From positions 8,370,001-8,434,000 of the forward strand of contig CM106585.1 in assembly GCA_048013815.1 (NCBI GenBank): DNA of 64,000 nucleotides, read 5' to 3'. This document shows, piece after piece, positions 32,967-46,500 of the stretch. The stretch comes from Setoptus koraiensis. Lineage: Eukaryota; Animalia; Arthropoda. The position numbers and the translations under genes are program-made. Within the stretch, counting starts at the first letter, position 1. Every line of letters starts with the position of its first letter. Under the pieces are notes generated by a model. The model was not told where the DNA came from, did no database searches, and saw only the letters and a program-made list of their open reading frames with translations.

Positions 32967-35900
32967 TTATTTATTTTTGGTTCTTGAATTCTTAGTTAAT
33001 TTATCCGATTTACTTGTCACCAGATTTTTCTTTTCATTTCTCTTGCTTTTTCTACGTTCAATTGTGCCATCGACTACGGCGGTGATGTTGTCTGTGTTGT
33101 AGGATTCAGATTTTAATATGTTAGACAATAGTAATGGTTGTTTCGATAGACCAACACTTGGATTTAACTCTAGCTCAGCTAATATAGGAAAATGATCGGA
33201 TGGGAAATTCGGTTGAGGCAAACCCACAACTCCATTCTCTTTTATCCAGTGATCGTCTAATGGCCCGAGTACTCCCTTGACATTTAGTAAACTCTTAGAG
33301 TAGAATATATAGTCAATCATTCCACAGAAACTTGATCTGCTCGGGGGAAAAACAACAACAATACAAACAAGTATCACAAATTAGTATACGACGTTGAGGT
33401 TGTAATAATATTGCTGTCAATCAAGATATCGTGTTAGGGCTACTTACGTGTAATTTGTGTAAGGCATTATATTTGTGTTGTAAGCCGTGTCTAAATTAAA
33501 TGAATGATAGTATTGTTGTTGCTCGTCGTTATCAGAGAGCCGTTTACTCATCGCTCCAGAATTGATTGTCTTAGTTTTCATTGAGAAACAATTTCTGTAA
33601 GCGTAGTTTTTGAAGTCGGCGTGATCGACTGAGATTCTGCCATCAGTGAGAAATTTGAATACCCCTGAATCTGGCAATGAGTTGAAGTCACCGCATAACA
33701 CAAGCGGTATATTAATTATATCTCCGTCACAATCTCTTTTTCCATCTTCGCATGCTTTCTTCGCCATTGATGTCAATTCGTTCATCAACATAATTGTTTG
33801 AATTAGTTTAACATCACAAAACTCTGGATCCCAGTGGATGTGGGCGGTGCAAACTAACAATCTCTTTTTCTCTTTGCACGTTGACAAGTTTTTATGATCA
33901 TCTTTGCTGATTTTTGTTTCGTCGTCTTTAACGCAACCATTCAAATGCTCAACAGAGTTGTGGCTTAGTTTCTTGTAGTTTAAGCTATCTGAGCTAGCTT
34001 CGATGGGACCAAACTTGTTGATTAAAGGAGGCCATTCCATAGAATCGTTAGATGGTGGTGGCAACGAGTTGGATCTATCAGTGAGAAGCCTGAGCGTCAA
34101 AACTGGGTCTTTATCTTTGTCGTGGTGATGGTGTTCCATATCTTGAGGAGGGTCGGTTTCATTCTGATCAATCAACTCAAGAAGGGCTGCAATGCCGATA
34201 TTATCTTTGGTCATGACTCTATTGAGCATGGCGTCGGAACCGTGTGCGTTGGCCATGGCAATCTTGTTAAACTCTATCAAATTTTGTTCAACAAGTTTGA
34301 ATTTGGACGCTTTGTAAAATATTGCGCAACCGTCCACAAGCCTTCTGAATGGCTCTAACATTGTTTTTGCTCTCGATTTAGGCGCGAATATGCCTTCGTA
34401 ACCCTCTAGTCTGAGTTGAGGCAAGAAATAGTCATAGAATTGATTTGTTTCAACCTCTTGCAACGAAATAAGATCCGATCCTGATGATTTGATTTCGTTA
34501 AATATCTTCTGTTTCCTGTACGTCCAATTAAGAGCATAATCTGGACAATAGCTATATTTTTGTTTTGTTGCATAGATGTCTGATAGTATATTGTAGCACA
34601 TAACAGAGAAAGGTGGGTTGTTTTTATGATTAGTGTCACTCGGTTTAGTCATGTTGTTTTGCTCATTCGATTTTAACCAGGGCCTTGGTGGCGGGTCTCT
34701 CCTGGATTGCTCAGCAAATGATTTTGATACACCTGAGGACACCCCTGGTGGTTGATGAGATAGATTAAGATAACAAACAAAATGATGCAATCAACAATAT
34801 TTCAACCATTTTCTCAATATAATCATTGAATGACTGTTTTACTTACCCATTCTCGGTGAGCTAGACATTCCCATATTATAGCTATAGTTGAGTTGATGAC
34901 TATTCTGTTGAAGTTGGCTGTTATGTCGAGAATGTGTCCTAGTAATATTATTATCTAATGTTAAATTTAGGCATGAGTTGGCGGGCAAAGACTTATGTCG
35001 GTGTACGACATTCGAAGCAACATTGACGTTGAAAGAGTTAAGACATTTTAGTTTATGTAGATTCTGTTGCTGGTGGTGCTGCTGCTGTTGTTGTCGGCGA
35101 TGAAGATTCGTATGATAGCAGCATGTCATATGCTGATTTTGATGATGGATATATTGATGTTCAAAGAAGACACTGTCATTAATATTAGCGAGACAACTAT
35201 CATTATAATCCATTATTGTGGTTGTAAGATCACAAGATTTTCTTGTCGTTTGCTGCTGCTCCCGAGGCTGCTGACTAGTGTCAGCGTAGAGTTTGTTGCG
35301 ACTACTTGGTTCCATAATTACGCGAGGTAATTGTATTTTGCTTGTTTCATCTGAAAGTTGTTTGCAACAATCGACAGATGATAGCAAACCAACAGGTCGA
35401 CCTGCTGTCGCAGTTCTCTCTATTAAACTTAAATCATTGAATGAATCACCTAGGGATCCATGCTTGATTATTGTTGCTAAAGATGCTCTAGGGTTGTAAT
35501 GATTTGGCTCTACATCATTGAAACTTTTTCTTGTTAATTGACTCTGGTCAAGATCCTCGAAAGATTTCAATTTGTTTTCATTGTCGTTGGCCACATTTAA
35601 TGTATCAGCGCTGTCAGGTAATATTAACATATAAGAATCTTCTTTTTCTACATGAGTCAATGATTGGCTCGGATTACTATTCTGTTCACAATTCTGTTTG
35701 GAACAATCAAAGCTATCTATATTATTGTTGTTGTTGTTGTTATTCAAGCAATTCCTGTCCTCTGGACTTTGACGCTGATTTTTTATTGATGTTGAATTGA
35801 TTGCTCTATTTTCTAGTTCATCAAAACAACAATGAGTACAACAACAATCAAGCATTGGCGGCGAGGAATAACAAGCAGTAGCCTGTTCAAGTTGCTGCTT

Positions 35901-38591
35901 CAATAGTTTCAATTGTTTTAAATGTAGCCGTTCGCGTTTCGTCGGATTATTTCTCATTCTTTTATGTTTTCGCGGTTTGTCGCGCCGATGGTTTGATGTA
36001 TCTGTGTCTGGATTTGAAGCAAGTTCTGTTTGATGAATGATTTTCGGTTGTTGATTATCTCTATTAGTATCGCCATTAATTGGATCGTTGGTGCTTATAG
36101 GCACAGAAACTGTTCGCATTAATGGTTTAATCTTAGATTTTTGCTGTTGCAATTGTTGTGCAGTTGTTTGCGATATACACTGACTCAATTGATTTGTTTC
36201 ACAACAATCCTTCTGGCCCTCCAAACTTATGCAACATTGTCGTTGACGATTGTTGAAGTTTCTATCGTTGCCGAGAGCTCGCGTTACGACATTACCATCG
36301 ACACTGTAGTTGCTAATGCCGTTTGTTAGTTGTTGATTTTGTAATAATAAATCACTGTTATTTACAAAAATTTTATTGTTGTTGTCGCTGATGCAATCGC
36401 TTATGTTTGCACTTGTAATTTCATCGACATTATTTGCAAAGTCACAACATTGCTGCTGTTGTTTATCGTACTCAACATTATTAGTAATGTTGTCATTGTT
36501 GTTGTTGGCAACTATTTTCAAATTGTTGTTGTTATTGCTGTTGCTTACTAAACTACAAGAATTATTATGACTGCTGTTTGCGTTTGGTATTATTGTTGGC
36601 CAATCTTCATCAGTGGCGTTAGTCGATATTGTTTGACTGTCAATGTCTAACAGTGATACTGTGTCTTGGTAGGATGAATCCTCCTCCGATCTAATACTTA
36701 GACTATCGAATAGCGAAGTTGACGACTTGAAAGACAACTGATCAATGCTTATCGTCACACTACTACAACTATCATGTTGATGATCCTTGTTGTTGCTGTT
36801 AGTAGAATTGGCCAATTCGTAGTTGGCATCATAAATAGAAGATGATGCATTGTTGTTATGTGATATGCTAGATGCGAAACCCGATGAAGATGATGTTGAT
36901 GATATTGACGATGATAACGGCGGATGATGATGGTGATTACTCAACAACGAGGATGGCGAATTGTTGTTATTACTATATGATTGAACAAGAGATGAACTAG
37001 AATTAAGACGAACACGACCCGTTGCCGATGATTTGATCGGTATCGATAACGATCTACTAATCGTTTGTTGACTAGTCAAGTGTTTAGTCGGCCCTGTAGC
37101 TGTCGTTAGCTGTGGGTCACTGTTGGTGTCTAGTGCGAACTGGCCATGATCATATTCATCCTCATGTTGTTGTTGGCCCGATGATGATGTCGACTTTCTC
37201 CGCTCGCCTTCTTGCTTGTTGTTGTTTATTTTATTTTTCGATTGGTGTTTAGTTGCTTGACAATTATTGAACGAGTGAGTTCGACTGCAATCGTTTTTTG
37301 TGGTTGTCGAATCGGGCGCTATCTTGTGGATATCAACAGAGCCTCGGCAAACGTGGTGCTGGTGGTCGGCTGACAACGTTTGGCGAAGCTTGTAATCTGT
37401 GTAATTATGACTATGGATGTTTTCGCAACTATTACCGCTACTTTGTTGCTGTTTGTTGATGCTACTAAATCCAATGCTAATTTTGTTATCATTACTATGA
37501 TAATTATTGTGATGTAGATGATTGACATCAAGTGTTCTTTTCAATTTTTGCTTTTGATGATATTTTCTGTTTTGTTGTTGTTGTTGTTGTTGCTGTTTAT
37601 CTCGGATTCTAGTTTGTTCGTCGTTGTCGCGTTCATCAGGCGATCTAAGCGAAACCAGTTGGTCATAGTTCCCATTTAAGAGTTTGGCGCTTGATTTGAA
37701 AACTTTTGAATTGTCCACTTTGTTCATCGGCAACGATTTTCTATCATCGTGCCGGTCACTATTTGGGGCATTCTCATCATCGTCTAATCTAATGAGTAAA
37801 TGTGATGGAGATGACCAATCAACAGGTGATTGAGGCACTGATGTGTTATCTACATGAGATGATGCAATTGAATTCTTGGCGCTCTGCTGCTGGTGTTTGG
37901 GCTGTTTGGGTCTCATATGGTAATATTCATCTCGCTCGCACTGCTGCTGTGATAACTGTGCGGACTTGGTTGTCTGATATCTGCTGAATTGAGATCTCTC
38001 ATTCAATCTTGCCGTTGCAAATCTATCGCCATTTGTATCATCTGTTATGGCATTTTGATTAGGATTAATAATGATATCAGTGCGGCCTTTAGTATTCTGG
38101 CCTCGTCGAGTTTTTCGTTTCCTTTTAGTCGTATCATGTATCATATTGGCGGCTTTTGTTTGCGAGACAATCTGTTGCTGTTCACTTGAAACTACTTCTG
38201 CGTCTTCTTTGGGCACTGGCTTGTCTTCAGGATGGGCTTTGTCATCGATGTTGCAACATGATGATGCTGTTGCCGATGTTGTTTGTGTTTGCATTTTATT
38301 TTGCCAACAATCTGGCAAAATTGACTTGCTTATTCCGGTTTGTTGCTTTTCATCAAAAAAGAAACGATGATGGTTTTTATTGTTGCTGTCGGTGTCTCGG
38401 AAAACTGTAACAAATGTTTTTTGGCGCTCGTTTGTGCAAGCAACTGAATGGTCGCTAGTGGTTTTAGGAAGAAGTTGTTGGGTAGTTTGTTGTTGTTTTA
38501 CATTTAATGAAACATTTGCCGTTAACGTTGGTAGCTTCGGTTGTAGTCTTGATGTTTCGTTGACATCTTTGTCTCTAGTCTTTTGTTCCAT
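32967..38591 (-). CDS. Divergent CCR4/CNOT6-type EEP deadenylase paralogue, about 1,803 aa: ~1,250-aa low-complexity first exon with eroded LRR, plus intact EEP nuclease domain
   Basis: Exons 38591-34847 (donor ATG G|GTAAGT), 34744-33448 (acceptor CCAG|; an in-frame alternative AG lies 12 nt downstream) and 33336-32967 total 5,412 nt, in frame. EEP motifs: MCYNIL, SLQEVET, KSRAKTM, VDGCAIFY, NRVMTKDNIG, CTAHIHWDPEFCDVK, CGDFNSLPDSGV, IDYIFYS, PSDHFP. Confidence 0.85.
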
Positions 38592-40107
38592 CGTTTTCTT
38601 TTGATTGTTTTTCTTGTTCTTGTGTTCTTAAAATATGATTCGATTGTTTCTTGTTCCTTTAATAGATTTGTTTTGTTGTGATTAATCTAGACTGATCAAT
38701 ATTGTTATTATTGTAATATATTATATCTGCTTCTATGCCGGCAAACACACACAGCTAATAGAAAGCTTGTAGAACTAGGAATCAATCTTCTTCTTTTAAA
38801 TACACATACCACCACGCATGATATCATATGGCGACAGTGTGGTGATGCTGCTCACTTTATTATTATTATTATTATGGTTTCCTGTTTCATTTTCATCTAT
38901 TTGTCGTTTAGCGTTTAGTGTGTCTCGCTTAGCCACTTGCCTGTATTATCAGACTATTATTACATGGATAAGTTGATATTTAGAATATAACTGGTGGTAG
39001 TTGGGTATTCTCTGTCTGGCTCGTTGTCTTTGTTTGTGAACGCGTGACTAGCGAAAGAAATATATTAATTAATGTTACTAATAGTCGACTGGTTTTTATG
39101 ACTAACACCAGTTGTGAGAGTGAGTCAGTGTTTACACTAGCTGTTCTCGAGAGGCATGTTTTTCATAAAGTATCGGAAGATGATGATTTTGTGATCACGA
39201 TGATGTACCACGAGTTGTTGTTGTTGTCGCCTGTTGATGGGTTTAAGTTGATATGGGAAGATAACGAATGATGATTGTTGACGCTAGTTAAAAGAGATGG
39301 CAATCACGATGTTTATATTAATAGCAGTAATAATAATATTATTATACGATTATTATCAGAGATTCTGATCATCCGCGTTCATCTAACACTCTACTATCGG
39401 AATGGCTTGTCTTCCAGACAACCCGGCCGGCAAGCCAGGCTTTCCAGGAACGGCATCGGCGGCAGGTAGTTGATTTCATCTTCACATCACTTGTAGTTCG
39501 TCTTCATCTTACAATTCGAATCACACCTCAGCCGTCTTAGAGAGTCTAATTGCGTGTGAGACAAACGAGCCAGACGTGCTGGTTAACATTGAACACCACC
39601 GGCATGAGCGACAACAATTATGGCAGTCACACACACACACCACAATGATAATAATGCAGTAGTTAACTTAATTCGACCACATTAACCAGATTGTAGTGGT
39701 AGTAAATGATGCCAGATATAGAGGAATCTATAACATAGTAAATATCCATTATGTGCGAGAGGTACAAAACAATCTATTGATTGACAGCATTGCACCAATC
39801 AATCGTCCAATTAGACAGCTATTACTGCGCCTGTTGTTGCATACTCGTTCGTTGGCTATTGCTTGTCGCATTGGCTATTGATTCAAGGAAGCCAATTTTG
39901 AAAGAAGGAAGCCAAGGCTAAAATTTGTTGTCTTGCCAAGCTCATAATAGAACGCACACACACACACTGCAGAGCACTGTAACTAAACTTATTGCCGGTT
40001 TAATAGTGCTGCAATCGGTGCAATTGTCATGGCACCACCACAAAAAATGTGTATAAGAGGCAGGTATTGTTGTGTTGTTTAGCTCACCTGAATTGTCTGT
40101 TATGGAC

Positions 40108-40113
40108 TGTTGC

Positions 40114-40150
<37 letters not shown>
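40108..40150. repeat. (GTT)n microsatellite
   Basis: Directly visible. Confidence 0.9.
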
Positions 40151-43100
40151 AATTATAACTTGCAGTTATCTGTTTTTCGTTGCTGGTGTGCGCTGGCGTA
40201 GACTATGGTGCTCAATAGAAAATGAGAGAGGACCTTCGCTCATTGCTCGAATTGCCTTGTCTAAAATGATAGTCCCTTGTTGACAATGTAAAAAGCACGT
40301 TTTCTTTCTTTCCTGACTCACTCAAGTAAAAGTAGCTGGCTTCCAACGTTTGCTAGTGACGCTGACTGGTTACGCTCAATAGTTGTGATTAATAAAACTG
40401 AAAGCTTTCCAAAGTACCTGCACTCTGAAACGCCATTATGGGCCTGGACAACGTTACTCTCAATCTATTTATAAATATATCTCTTGTTACTTCCCTGCTA
40501 ATACACTTTTTGTATATAAATACATATATTATAGAGCAGTAGCTACACAACAGCAATACCGCGCGATCGATATTGATCGTCAGATCGTCGTAACACTCGA
40601 TCCGACGAAACTCTAATAACTCTGTATGAATATGCTTTTATTGCTCACTTTACAATGTATACAATGAACTTAACTATCATTTACAGCACGACAATGCTCG
40701 TGGTGGTGTTAAATGTGAGCCATTTGGCTAATTAGTTTATTGCGCTTGATTATATTGCTCGATTAAATAATAATTCAAATTCGTCTCAATAGAAGATATA
40801 GGGATAATTTCACAACTATCACCACTACTCCAACTACTGTATCACTATCAATTTACTATTGGTATTGCGCAATGCGCAAAAACACTCCGTCCGCGGTTAA
40901 TAAAAGATGAAAACTACTTCACACAAACTACAGTACTGTACTAGCAGCAAGTTGAGTGAACTCTCACTAGTTGATAGTATACGATGTCCAATGCGGCATT
41001 GCATTGGAAAATATTGCTGCTGCCAGCTCATGTCTAACCATTAGTGAGAGTAGTCACTGTTGTTGTTGTTATATAACATCCATGGTTGCTTCTCATGCAT
41101 AGTTATGTGTATTGCTGCAGCTTAAAATGCTAAAGTGCAAGTGTAAGGTCATTGCCTCAGCTCTTTTCACCAACAACCCATTGCAACAGCAACAGCAGCA
41201 ACAACAACAACAACAACAACAACTCATCAGCCACCTTGATCTAAAGCAATGTGCAAACTTTGACTTGGCCAGATACCCTCTGTGTTTGTGTTAGCTTTGT
41301 GTGATGATGACCTCCAAAAGAACGCTCTCTTGCCCTCTTGTTGGCTTCGCTTGCTTGCTCGATTACTCACTTGCTCTGCGCAACATCTCACAATCCTTTG
41401 CTGTCTAAAATTCTTCTTCTTCTTCTAATAATAACAAGTCTTCCATGAGAATGTGTGAGAAAACAAAAAACAAGTCAAAACCACATGACACTATGTGTAT
41501 TATTGATGACGATAAAGACGAGATTGGGCTAGACGCATAGACGGCGTGCAACTCATTACTATTATTATTATTCAAATATGATGCCAAGCCTGCTTGTTTA
41601 TCGTTACATAACAGAGTGGCATGTGCCGCAACTTTGAGCAGTCAAGACGGGAACTGTCGGAGAAAACATCAACAACAAGCAATGTTAACAATAACAACAT
41701 CACCATACACTTCTGCGCAAGGTGCATTAGGTTACGTAGACAAGATGGCTAATCCTTTTATTACGTTATTGCATTAAGTTTGTTGACACTGCCATCGAAC
41801 CTAAGACACTGGTCACAAGACTGACTAGCCATTTTCATGTGTCATGTGATCTCAAGTATCATGCGCTCGTCAATAATAGTGTGTTACTATGTTTGTTGTT
41901 TATCTCTTCTAGTGAATCTTTCATTCTACGCCAATTTTGCTAGCTTGGGAAATATTTGTAAGCATCCCTTTCTCTTCAACAAATCTCAAAATAGATAGAT
42001 GAATAAATTACACGAGCTCTTGACTACTCACGCGCACTCAATAAATGGCTCTCTAAATCACTGCTAAGAATCAATTAAGGACAAGATTGACAGAGAAGTC
42101 AATTTTTGTCGCAAAATCTCAATAATATCGATTGAATATTGCCACTTTCGCCTCTCTAGAAATCAATGGGCAAACGATGCCTCATCCTTCCAGTCCTGTG
42201 ATACATGTAGTAAGAGTCACGATTGGGGTACGTGAACTCGTTTTGTTATGTGCATCATTGTTGTAACATAATGGAAACATAACATGACCGAATATTGAAA
42301 TAGTCTGGCGTGCACAAACGAACAGGTTGTGACACCAAGGTCAGCGACCTTTTGTCTATCCACTCAACTACCTGGTGTCTCATCTCATGAGTATAGTGTT
42401 TGACGATTATCTTCACGTTCAAATAGTGGAATATTTTCGAACGTTTCAGGGCATGAACCATGTCTGATGATGGGTGAATCATACATATTGTGTGATTACA
42501 TTGCTGATGAAACTAATCACGCGGATACTCAATGATTTCCGCCACATATTAAAACAAAAAACAAAAAGAATAGCAACCGTTTGATTGTGTCCTATCAATC
42601 ATGATACTTCATGATGAGATATGATCAGCGCGCTGAAAGTATTATAATAGATGTGAATAGATTATAGTTATAGCAGTAATACTAGCCATTGTTTTACAGG
42701 ATGATTATTTGTTTAACTGTCGATGACACATTAACTAGATCACATGGTATTTCTTTCTTTCTCTCTTTGTAGATAGGTTTATCATCGCCACTATGTGTGA
42801 GTGTTGTCATCAACAAACAATGAGTGGATTGGTCCACAGTTTACTTTTAAATTTTGTCTGTTATTTGTTCGCCACAGCTTCATCGACACAAATATTCATC
42901 AACATCTAATGATTATACAATAATATATAATGGAGTTGTTTTTTTTTGTTTCTTCGATCAATACACAATGATGTAATAATTATTACGAGATATTGCTATA
43001 ATGCTCATATCGGTGAGTTCATCAAATTTTGCTTTTACATCTTGTTTTTTCTTTATCAACACTTTAATTGTCGGAGTTTACTGATGTGAAAATAAATGTT

Positions 43101-43548
43101 ATCAATCTATTGATAATCATAGAATGAGTGAGCAATGGCTTATGTCACACATCTCATATGATATCGTTGTTGGCCCTAATTGCTTTAAAGCCAATCCTTG
43201 TTGATTTATATATGTATATAATTGCTCTTTCGACTATGTACAAATTCCTTTAGTTGTAGTCCTATCATTTATAAACAATTCTAAAACATCATCCGTTTGT
43301 TTTGTGTGACAAGAATAGTCAAACTCGCAACCATATGAGGAAAATGTTCTAGAGGGGCAAACAGATACATAATTATTGACAATAGAAATACTGTTCCTTC
43401 CGAGAAGATTCTTGTTCCTTGTGGTTGTCTCGACAATCTCAGATCTAGTCTTTTCACCTTAGATTCTTAGTGATTTAAAAGATAATTTATAGTAACATAT
43501 TGAGAATTTGATTGGGGAAATCCCTAAGATGCTCTCGTCCATTGTTAT

Positions 43549-46500
43549 CTACCATACAACGCATTTCTTCTCTGGATTCATTCGAGAGTTTAATGGACAA
43601 TTGAACTCGCGTGCAAATTCTTGACTATTGGACAAGGTCCCAATGACGCGATACTGTGCTGGTGCATGAGGGTCGTTAACTATTTGCAGTTTTAAAGCTT
43701 CCGGTGTACTTGTTGAGCACCACACTTGTGCAAAGCCGATGAAGAACAATTGTTTACTAGTCAGATTGAGGCCGGGTAAAGGAGCCTCGTGGTGCACTTT
43801 GAGCCATTCCTGGAAAGCTCGGAAGGCAGCCTTCAAACCACCGTTATCAGCAATATTTTCACCTAAAGTCTGTTTACCATTGAGCTATCGAAAAATAAAA
43901 GAGCATCAAATTGAAAAAATTAATATCAATTTAGGTGCCAGTCAGAGTCGATGTTGTATAATCACTGTGATTGTAGTTTTTTGCTTTGATAATTCTACAA
44001 GAGAAGTCTCTTACTTACATGATCGTCTTCAATCTCATAAGTAGAGTATTGATCTACGAAACATTTTACCCTCTCTTCAAAATTTCGAAGCGTTGTATTG
44101 AACCACCAGGGGTGCAAATTTCCGTCTTTATCGTATTCACGGCCTTGATCATCGAATGCATGAGTCAACTCGTGGCCCATCACTACTCCCATGGCCCCGA
44201 AATTCAATGAGTGCGGAAAATTCGCATCATAGAATGGAGTTTGCAAGATACCAGCCGGAAAGACAATCTGATTCTTAGTTGGTGTGTAGTAGGCATTGAC
44301 TGTTGGCGGTGACATTTCCCATTCAGTTTTATTAGCTAATTTGTTGATTTTTTCCATATTTTCCCTTAGAGAATACACATTGACCTTGATGTTGTTCTCG
44401 AAATAGGTGTTTTCATCGAAATGCAGCTATAGTTATCGTGTGTTATGTGTTAAAATACAGATAGAGATATAGAGATGGTAATGGCAAGAGTCAGTAGAGA
44501 GCGAATGATCTGCGCGATTCAGTTAATTACTAGTTGGTAATCTACTATCGAGTTACTATCAAGTTACTATCGAGCTTCGAACTTACGTCGCGGTACTTTT
44601 CATCCAACTTATCTGGATTCAATATAAAGTCTGGAAATCCAATCATTTCATTGATCTTATCCGCCTGAAAAGTATCAACGAAGAAAGACTTATTAGTTTA
44701 CTGGCACTCATGAGAAAAATGATAGCATAAGCGATCATCTAGTTGGCTATTTCTAAAAGGTCACTGCATATGGATATTGCGATCATCCGAATCAATTCAA
44801 GTACCTTTTCTTCAGCTAGACGACGAGTGTTTTCATCCATCCAATTTAGGTTTGCTAGATGTTCCTTGAATGCTGTTCGGATCGAGTCGATCATCTCCTC
44901 TGCCTTCTCTTTAGAACCATTATCGAAGACACTTCTCACAAACATGGAACCTGTGGCGAAACCCATAACTCCGTTGGTGTCCGACACACACCACCGCCAA
45001 TTCGATTCATGTCCTTCGCTCCCTATTAGAGCTCTCCTTAATATTTTAGAGGCCTCACGGAATTGTTTTGGCAAAGTCGCTATTAGTGACTGTATTACGG
45101 ACCAAGCTAAATAATTTGCCATCGTGACTTTTCCCTTGTCGGTCTTTAATTGTTCTGTGACCAAATTTGACAAGTCATCAAAATATTCGGGTGAGTATAT
45201 GACTACGTGCTCATTATCTGTCACGACATGCCGATGCACACTGCTTTTAAAACTTGTATTATGGTTGCTACTGTTTGTTGTTTGTAGCTTGATATTATCT
45301 GTATAACTTATATCAGTTCGCGAGTGATAATCAAAAGCATCATCGAAGTACTTTGTCCAATTTAAAAATGGAGCTCTCTGGTTTAGTTTTCTAAGAGTAA
45401 ACTTATGATACATCCTCTCGTCATCACGACGCTGATCGGCAGGAACAGTTATTGCAGCCAATTTTGTTTCAAATTCCAAAACATCTCTCATCTGATCGCT
45501 AGTATTGCTAGCTCCCATAAGTGTAGCCACTTTATTCATATATGTGAGGTATGCCTCTAAGACCTATTAAAGTAGCATCAATACAAGTGAAGTTGAGAGA
45601 AATTGAATGTCATCATAAAATAATTTAATAATAAGGAATGGTTTTAGATCTAATGTCAAACACTTACAGCATGCTTATCAGTTTTGTTTAGGTAGTAATC
45701 ACGATTGGGTAGACCTAATCCACTCTGATCCAATTCTATGACATTCCTAGTGCTATTCCTTTCATCGGCGCCAATGGCCCAAGAAAAGAGTCCTCCTCTA
45801 TTATATTGATTGTGATATATTTGCAATGACCTCTGAAGATCCCATTCTTTTAGATTGAATGCACCACTTATGCTCCAACCTCCACTCTGAAGATCAGATA
45901 AAAAGGAACTTGATGAGTTACTGATAAAATTATGTAGAGGGGGATGAGTGCTCACTATGCTAAGATCATCAGGCTTAAGGTGGTTACGCGATGTGTTAAC
46001 CTCACTACATAACCCGAAGGAGATTGGAAAAAATATCTAACAAATCCATCTATCAATGGTCAACATGCATTATCGATAGATTAAGTCATAATTTTAGGTA
46101 GCAATTTAGGGACTATCGGCACTTGATCTATTCCACTTGAGATTGATGGATAAAAGTGAAGCAATCGCAATCAGATAGCTAACTTCACTACGATCAAATC
46201 TCCTTAATGCATCATGTGATTATCAAACAATCGAAACATTCAAGCTAATCTCAATAAAAGGTTTTTCAAACAACAATTCAGATAGTCTTGATTGGGACGT
46301 GCACATATCAAGATAGTATATCGATAGATCTCGCTACATTATGCAACTATTCGATAATATTTTCGATGAAATAAATGATTCGAAATATGCTAAAAGTAAA
46401 CGTTTCAATAGTTTCCAAGTAGTAGTAGACGATTGTAAAGAATCGATGAGCCCTCAAGCTTGATATAACAGAATGTAAAATGATCAGTTGACTTCGATCG

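Noticed and set aside
18561-38604. Numerous antisense or out-of-frame ORFs overlapping WDR26, UBR5, FBXL6 and the CCR4 paralogue
   Set aside because: Typical shadow ORFs of long coding regions, with no independent coding features.
46071-46326. Two DRE-like TATCGATA motifs in the long ECE1 intron (others at 5217 and about 37040)
   Set aside because: A few copies of this AT-rich 8-mer are expected by chance in 64 kb, and none is clearly at a transcription start.
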